Source: Thermoanaerobaculia bacterium
GTDB lineage: Bacteria; Acidobacteriota; Thermoanaerobaculia; UBA5066
Length of the DNA stretch: 19,038 nt
Assembly (NCBI GenBank): GCA_038245905.1
Contig: JBBRRY010000049.1
Location: forward strand, 1 to 19,038
Reading direction: 5' to 3'
This document shows, one piece after another, positions 7,168 to 16,100 of this stretch (position 1 is the first letter of the stretch; the number at the start of each line of letters is the position of its first letter). The notes below the pieces were generated by a model. The model saw only the letters and a program-made list of their open reading frames with translations. It made no database searches and had not been told where the DNA came from. The translations under genes were made by a program, and so were the position numbers.

Positions 7168-10100
7168 ATGACGCTCGCCTTTCCGGGCAGGGCTTCCGCG
7201 GTTCGTCCCGCCCCGGCGGGCGGCAGAACCGCGTTCGTGCGCACGAGTAGGACGGACAGGGGCCAGTTGAGATCTGTTCGCACGATTGCCGTCCTCGCGC
7301 TCTTGTGCGCGCTCGGCTCATTGCGAGCCGTCGCCCAGCCGGGCGGTTTGTTGGGTACCGCTCAGCTGCAGATCTCGGGCGCGCGCCTGACCCTCTACAG
7401 CGACGCGCTGACGACCGACGCCGAACAGACGCTCAACGTCGGCGAGGCCGGTCGCGTCCGCACGTGTTACGGAGCCGTTGCGGCATGCGGCACGGCGGGG
7501 CCGGGCTCGGCGCCTGGTCTCAAGGTCGTCGGGGATCTCTCGGGTCCCGAGCTGCCGCAAGCGATCCCGTACGAGACGGCGCCGGGCGGAACGTTCTTCC
7601 TGCCGGGCTTCCAGCGCGAGGGCGACTACCTCCTCGCGAACATCCGGCTCGTCGAGTCCGCGACGGGCCGCGTCGTCGCGAACGCCGAGCCGTCCCTCGC
7701 GACGCTTCACGTGCGGCAGATCCTCCTCGCGTCGGCCACCGTCACGCGGCTCACGCTTGCCGACCTTCAGGCGCGCGGGATCGCGATCACTCAGCAGAAT
7801 TTCCAGGCCTTCAGCTTCTCGGTCGGCTTCCTCTTTGCCGGCGAGCTGGTGAACATCGAGCTGCCCGTGATTTTCCAGAGCGGTGGGACAATCCTGCCCC
7901 TCGGCAAGCAGACGGTGATCCTGGACCGCTTGCCCGACAGCGTGAAGAGCGCTGTGCTTCACTGGGAGCCCCCCCGGATCGTCCCTTTCAAACTGGACGG
8001 GATGCCCGGAGATTCGAATGATTCTCCGGACCCGGAGCCGATCCCTGAGGACACACCGCTCTACGGCGCGATCGTCATTCCCGGAAACGTCTCGTTCCTG
8101 AACCAGTTCTTCGACGCGCGTCTGATCGTGGCCAACGGCGCCCCTTCGGGTTCCGGCGCGACGCTGCAGAACGTCACGGGTGCCCTGCGCCTGCCGACGG
8201 GCGACTATTTGCGGCTCGCCGCCACGGCGCCCCCCGTTGCGGCCGGACAGAAGATCCCTGTCACGAAGGCGAACGGAAGCGGTGTCGTCGGCGCTGGCGA
8301 ACAGGGCACCGCAAGCTGGACGGTGGAAGGGCTCGTCGCCGGGACGCAGACGCTCCGGCTGGATATCGCGGCCGACCTCGTCAGGCCGGGCCGCGTGACG
8401 CTACCGCTGTCGGGCTCCGTTCAGGCGGCCGTCGAGGTCGTGGATGCGCGGTTCAACCTGTCGTTCAACCACCCCGATGTCGTGCGGGAGGGCGAGCCTT
8501 ACAGCCTCTACGTCACGGTGACGAATCTCTCCCGCGCGGCGCAGAACCTCGTCACCGTCGAGCTCCTGTCGGAGAACATCACGGGGGCGCACAAGGCCGA
8601 CCCGGCCGATCCGTTCCGCCAGACGATCGCCACTCTGGATCCCGGAGGTTCCGAGACGCTGGAGTTCCGGCTCGTGTCGGACACGACCGGAAAGTGCGTC
8701 GCCACGACGTTCCAGTCCACCTTCGCGGGCGTCACGGGGACCATTCACTTGCGCACGGGCGTCGGCGAGCTCGGCATCCCTTTGTCTCCCGCCTCGCTCG
8801 TCCTGCCGCGCTTCTCCGAGCTCCTGCCGCGCTCTTTCATCACGGCGGATGTGCGGCTCCTCGGTCTCGCTTACAGCCTCGCGGTCGCGCCAGCCGGAGC
8901 CGCCCCGGCCGGCCTTCCCCACGTCCTGAAGAGCGACGTCGTGCGCCGAGCGGTGGACCTCGGCGAGGCGGGCCAGAGGCTCTTCCTGCAGGAGCGGCTG
9001 CTCGAATCGCTCGAAGCGCTCGCGCTCGACCAGCTCGGGAACCGCGATGACCTCGTCGACTACGACACACTGCGGCGCTCGCTGGCGCGCGGAGCGGAGG
9101 CCTCGACCGCGCTCGGCGTCCTGTTCCGGCAGGAGCAGCAGAGCCGGAACCTCGCCGCGGCGGATTTCGTCGACCATTTCGCGTCCACGACCGACTACGG
9201 GCGGCCCTATCTCGCGGCCGCGCTCGTCCCGAACGGCTCGCAGCCCGCGCCCGTCCTCGAGGTGCGACAGGTGGGCGCCGCCGGCACGACGTTCCTCGCC
9301 TATACGAGCGACGACGCGCTGCGTCTTCGCTCGATTCCGTACGGCGAGATCTACGCGCTCTCCGACGTGCCGGGAGGCACGCCGAAGACGCCCTTCGCGC
9401 TCGTGGGCCGGCTCGACGGGGCGACGTCCTATCGAGTGGACCTGCATGCGCCCGCGACGCCGGCGTCCGGCCGCCTCATCCTTCTCGTCCCGACGGACGA
9501 CCTCGCGGGTTTCCGAAGAGTCGACTTCGGTTTCGTCTCGATGGGCGCGAACGAAGTCTGGGAAGTGCGGGCGGTGAAGGCCGCGGGCGACGCGCCTCTC
9601 TTCTCTTTCGGCCTCTACTTCCCGACGAGCGGGATTCCGGTGCCGGGCGTTTCGCCTGGGACGGTCACCACGCTTGCGCTTCCACCCTTCCGTCTCATCG
9701 GTGCCGTGGAAGATTTCACGCTCGACCGCTATGGCCTCGGCGTGTCGTATCTGTTCAACCGGCCGCCGGACAGGGCGGCGGCCGAGACTGCCTCGAACTA
9801 CTCGATCCGCACCACCTTCCACGGACAGGACACCGCCTCCCCGCCGCTCACGTTCGACAAGGTCGTCACGAAAGCGGGCCGGGCGGCCTTCTGGCAGCCG
9901 AACAGCGAGCGTGTCGTCAACGTGAGCTACCAGGGCCCGATCAGCGCTCTCCAGGGGACGTTCGAATCGGTGCCTGTCATTCGTCACGAGCATTTGCTCC
10001 AGACGAGCCAGATTCGCGACACGCGCGGCACGCCGCTCGATCCGTCCGTGGCGCCCGCGCTGATCGAGCCGAACCACACGGGCGGCCTGGTGGACGGAAG

Positions 10101-13100
10101 GGTGCTCCTCGGCACGGGTGAGCCCGCGGCCGGGGCGACCGTGCAGCTCATCCGCTATCACGACGCGAATACCATCCCTGGAAAAGACGCGATCATCGTT
10201 CCCGATCTCGTCGGCGAGGTCACGACGGGAAGCGACGGGGCGTTCTATTTCGACTTCATCGAGGAGCCTCCCCAGAACAAGGTCCAGAGCGGTTTCACGA
10301 TTCGCGCCACGGTTCCGCCGGGCAGCGACCCGGCTCAGCAGCCGGGGGGCGCCGAGCAGATCTCTTCCTCCATCCGGCTGCAGAACCGGCTCGTTCACGT
10401 CAACATCGCGCTCCTCGGCCGCGGCACGGTCAAGGGCACTCTCGTGTACGCCGACAACGGCACGCCGGTTCCCAACGGTTACGTCGCGGCGGCGAGCACG
10501 CTCTTCAGCGAGGTGAAAGAAGTGGCCATCGCGGGCGATGGCTCGTTCACGATCAATGCCCTTCCCGTCGGGCCGATCACGCTCACCGGAAGAGATGCCG
10601 CGGGCCTTCGCGTCTATCAGACCGTCGGCCTCCAGCAGCCCGGACAGACCGTGAACGTCCTGCTGCAGATCGCGCGAAACTCTCCCCCGAAGACGGGTGC
10701 CGTAGTTGGACGCGTCCTCCGGCAGAGAAGCGGCAGTCCGCGCCCTCCCCCGGACGTCTCGCCCGGAGCGCAGGTCGCCGTCTACGCGAACGGCAGCTTC
10801 ATTCAGCAGAAGCTCTCGGACGCCTCGGGCAACTTCCGGTTCGACAAGGTGCCGGAAGGGCAGATACAGGTGCAGGCCGCGGACTTCTCCGTTTCACGCA
10901 CGCCCGCGATCGGCGGCGCCGTTCTCGCCGCCGACGGCACCGTCACGCTCACTCTCACGATTTCCGATGCGGCCCCGCGCGTCGTCACGGGCCGCGTGCT
11001 CTTCCACGACGGAGCGCTCAACGTGGACGTGCCGGTGGTGGGAGCCGTGGCCTTCATCGTGGGACCGGGCGTCTTCGCCTACACGGACGCGAGCGGGGCC
11101 TACCGCATCGAGGGGGTACCCGTTCAGGGTGTGTCCGACCCATCCTACGCCGTCACCGCGATCGACTTCACGCGGCAACTTCAGGGCGTCACGAGCCTGC
11201 CGCCGATTCTCGACGTGGGAGATGGCTCTCCGGTCCGCGCCTCCGACATCGTCCTCAGCGCGATGACCGGGGGAGTCGACGGCGTCGTTCTCGATCCGCT
11301 CGGCCATCCGGCTTCTGGCGTGACCGTCACCATTCCGTTCGGTCCATCGGCCTCGTCGGGTTCCGACGGCCGGTTCTCGTTCAACGACGTCGGAGTCGGC
11401 GGGGTGAGTCTCGTGGCGCACGCGGGCACCGGTCTAGCGCCCGGCCGGATCGGGTACCTCGGCGAGGGCAGCGCCACGATCGTCTTCGCGGGGCATCGAC
11501 CGTTCACGACCATCCGGTTGCGCGGGGCGGGCGTCGTGAACATCCACACGCGAACAGCGAGTTCCACGGGCGTCCTCAGCCCGATCCGCTATTCGCCGAC
11601 GATATACAGAGAGAGCAGGTACGACATCGGGCCGTCACTGCTGCCGGTCGACACGACCACCGATTCCGACGGGCGGTTGCAGCTCATCCTGCCGCTGCCG
11701 GGCACGTCCGTCCTCGCGTTCTCGCCGGCGAACGGAAACAAGTCGGCCCCGGCGCAGCTCACGTATCCGGGCCAGGTCGTGAACCTCGAGATCGTCTTCG
11801 ACTCCACCTCCACGGTCACGGGCCACGTGGTCGGCGTGGACGGCGTCACCCCGGTGCCGAACGTGGACGTTTTCCTATCGGCAAGGGGCCTTCTCCCTCA
11901 ACGCCAGCGGACCGACGGGCAGGGCGGCTTCCGTTACGAAGCGGTCCCGTCGGGCCAGGTTTCCGTGACGACCGAGGCGCTCGTGGGTTCGGTGGATCGC
12001 GTTGGAAGGGCGGACGGCAGCCTCGGGCACGGCCAGACCATCGACCTGACGGTCGCGCTGCGCGCCCAGGGCACGGTCAAGGGCCGCGTTGTCCAGCTCG
12101 TTGGCAGCAATCTCGTCCCGATCCCGTTCGCGCGGTATTCCGTCGAGGAGAGCGCCTATCCGAACCGGCGACTGCCCGGGGGAACGGCCACCTTCACGGC
12201 TGACGCCAACGGCGCCTACGAAGTCGCGCACCTCTTCGCGGGGCCGATCACCGTCGTCGCCGCCGATCCAGGGCAGGTGACGAGGCAGGGGCGTGTCACG
12301 GGGGAGATCACGTCCGACTTCCAGGTGCTCCAGCTGCCGGACCTCGTCCTCACGACTTCCATCGGATCGCTCGGCGTCCTCGTGCGTGACGCCGAGAGCG
12401 GAGGACCGGTCGCCGATTGCCAGGTCACGCTCTCGAACGGAGACGTGACGGTCTCGGATGCAGAGGGGCGGGCGACCTTCGACGCCCTTCCCCTCGGAAC
12501 GTATTCCGTCTACGCGTTTCACGCGCCCACGGGCCAGGGAGGCGTGGTGAACGGCCTTCGCATCGCGAACGCGGGCGACCGCGTGGATGGCACGATCACG
12601 CTCGACACGCGCGGCCGGATTTCGGGAACGCTTTGGGACGATCCCGCGAAGTCGCTTGGTGTCGGGAACGGGATCGTCCAGCTGACGGGGAACGTCAACG
12701 GCCGGCTCTGGGGCACGACGATGACGGCTCTCGCTTCGACGTCGCCGGAAACCGCCACGCTCGGTCAGTTCCTCTTCGACGGAATCCCGGTCGGACGCTT
12801 CACGCTCGTGGCCGCCGTGTCCGACTCGGCTCGACGGGCCTCTACCACCCTGGACCTGACCTCCACGGCACCCGTGGCCGCGGTGGACCTCGTCCTCGAG
12901 CAGCTCGCCGACCGTTACGTGCGCATCTTCCAGAGTCTCAAGGCGGCTCCTCATCTCTTCGAGGTCGACCCGTCGACCGGCATCTTCAACGTCGACCTCA
13001 GTCAGCCGCAGGGAGACTGCTCACCGCGCTGCGTGTACGACTTCGTCCTGAATGCTCCGACCGCGGCGTATCCGAACCATTTCTACAAGTTCCCGAACGT

Positions 13101-16100
13101 CTACGCCTCGCGGCCACTCGGCGTGGTTGCCTCGGAGCTGAACGGCGAGCAGCGCAAGGGCTCCATCTCGGGCCTCGCGAGTCTGCCGGGTGCCGGAAGC
13201 GCGAGCGACCCCTTCCGCGTCGTCCTCGGTGCGAAGGGCACCGTCACCGTGCTCGTCAAGGATGGCGCCGGCAATCCGGTCAGCGGCGCGAACGTCACGG
13301 TGAGCTCCACCGGGGCCTTCGGCAGCTTCGGTTCCACGACGGACGGCGCCGGACGCGTCACCTACGATGCAATTGCGGCCGGGAACATCACGGCGACGGC
13401 GAAGCTCACGTCGAATGGCTTCGGCGGCATCGCGACCGGCGTTCTCACCTACGACGACGAGAGCCTCGCCCTCACCGTCAACCTTGCGCCGGCGGTCTCG
13501 GCGCACGGCGTCGTCTTCCACCCGCCCCCCGGCGACATTTACAGCGGCGATCCTGCGAGCCTCGTTCCAGAGGACCGGGCGATCGTCCAGATCCGCGACT
13601 CCAGCAATCAGCTGCAGGTCGTGCAGACCGGCTCGGACGGCGTGTACCGCTTCAATGCCCTGAAGACCGGCGCGTACACGATCTCGGCGACGAACCAGAC
13701 GAGCGAGTCGTTCGCTGCCGGCGCCGGCACGCTCGTCGGCCCGGACGGAAACGACAATGCGGTCCCGAATCTCATCCTCGACGCGTCCCGTCCTCTCATC
13801 GTTTCGTTGACGCCGCCGCCCGGACAGACGGGTGTCTCGCGAAACGCCTTCGTAGAGATCGTCTTCTCCGAGCCGCTTCTCTCCGCCGTTCTCCCGAATG
13901 GGGTTCCGACGTCTCCGTACTTCACGCTCAGATCCGGAGCGACGGGGCTCGTCGCGGGCGGTTCGTGGACGAACGCTCTCGACGCCGGCGGGCATCAGGT
14001 CGTGCGGTTCACGCCGTCTTCGCTGTACGACAACTCAACGGTCTACAGCATCTCGATCGCGGGCGGCCCCGCCGGCGTGCGCGACCGTGCGGGCCGGACG
14101 CTGACCGACTCGGGCGACGTCGGATCGAACTTCACCACGTCGGACACCGTTGGGGCGAGCGTCGTCGCCACGGTCCCGACCCTCGATTTGCCCGTGGATC
14201 CCGCGAGCGCGATCCGCTTCGATTTCAGCGAGATCGTGTCGGGCACGGCCTCGGAGCTGGACGGCGACGGGGTGGGCGACGCGGCGGAGCTCTTCTGGCA
14301 GGCGAACGGGAGCACCACGTGGCAGCCGATTTCGATCTCGATGTTCCTGACGCGCGGCGGGTACGCGCTCACAGTCCAGCCTCCGGCGGGCGTCACCTAT
14401 TCGAATGACAGCCTGAAACGGCGGATCCATGTCTCGCGGCTCCGGGACGCCTCCGGAAATCCGATGGCGGACTACGACCGCACGTTCCGCATCTGGGACC
14501 AGAACGCGCCGCACGTGGACGCCGCTTTCCCGCCGGGCGCGCCGGGCGGAACCCTCTCGGGCGGCACCGCCTACACCGTGACGCCCGTGCTTTCGAACCT
14601 CGACGACCTCGCGAACGGACCGGGCGGCGACATTGATCGCGTGGATTACTTCCTTGCGTCCGCGAGCGACCCGAGCGTGTCCGCAACGACGCCGGTCTTC
14701 TCCGGCCGCATCACCCCGTTCGGGTTCTCGTTCGTAGCGGCGTACAGCGGAAACGGAATCGACCCGCGGCCCTTCCCCGTCTGGGTGCAGGCCGTCGACA
14801 CGTCCACGAACAAGAGCAACACCGTGAAGCTGGCGATGCAGGTGCTGCCAAATGTGCCGCCCGCGATCGGCTCCATCGCGGCCTCTGCGATCACGCCCGT
14901 TGCCGGCACATTCTACGCGGGCTCGACGGTGCGCGCGACGGCGCTCGGCGTCGCGGACACGGACGGCGCGCAGATCACGCTCCTCACCGAGCTCCGCAGG
15001 GACAACGCCGGAAGCCCGAACGACCCGGCGGACTCCGTCGCGCTCGCGCCCTCGCGGCTCGTGCCGCGGCCTGCGACGGGATGGGGCGACCTCGTACCGC
15101 CTACGTTCGATCTCGTCGTGCCGATCGAGATGGCCGAGGGCACGAGGCTGTTCTTCCGTGTGAAGGGGACGGATTCGCTCGGCGCCTCGGTGACGGTCGA
15201 GAGCCCTCGCGTCACGCTCGCGCACGATCCGAATCCACCCACGATCGACAGCTTCGTCGCGCGCGCGACGGGCGCCGGGGGTCCCGCCACCCAGTTCACG
15301 ATCGGCCAGAAGTTCGTGATCGAGTTCCGGGCTCGCGACGCCGAGACGGCGGTCCGGACGGCCTCGCTCACGCTCTCGGCCGAGTTCCCCTCGCCGCAAG
15401 CGGTCACGCTCGTCGGCGGGACGACAAACCTCTATCGCACCGCCGAGCTCATCGTGCCCGCGACGGTGCCTCCGGGAGGCCAGTCCGTGACGGCGACCGC
15501 GTCCGCGACGGACTGGGGCGCCAACACGGCGACCTCGCCTCTCGCGTTCACGGTCTCGCCGACGCCCGATCCGTACGCGCCCGTCGCCGCGTGGCTGACA
15601 CCGTGGGAGGGTGCGGCGTGGCCCTCGGCGTACGCATCGGTCGTGGCGCCGCAGGGAGTGGCCCTTCTCCTGCGTGTTCGCGTGACGGACCTCGACCGTG
15701 TCGCGAACGCGGACGTGCCGGGCACGATCGCGAGCGTCCAGTTCAAGGGCCCGTCCGACGCGGCGGGCACCCTGGCGGCGGCGTACGTAGACGGCTCGCC
15801 CGTCGCCGGTACGGGCGGCCCGGGCGTGAGCGTGTACGAGACGCTCTGGAACGTTCCGAACGGCGTCGCGGACGGGACGCTCCTCCCGTTCCAGGTGCGG
15901 GTCGTCGACGCCGGCGCGAACGTCACGACGGCCGACGTCCACCTCAGGGCCGTCCGTTCGCGCCGCGTTTACGAGGCCGCACAGGTCGCGGTCCTGCCCG
16001 CGGACGCGATGCTCGCGGCGGGCGGCGACGCGGCCGGCCCCGTCTTCCTCCTCGACGGCACCGCCCTCAGCCTCTACCCACAGACGGCGCCGACGGTCCG

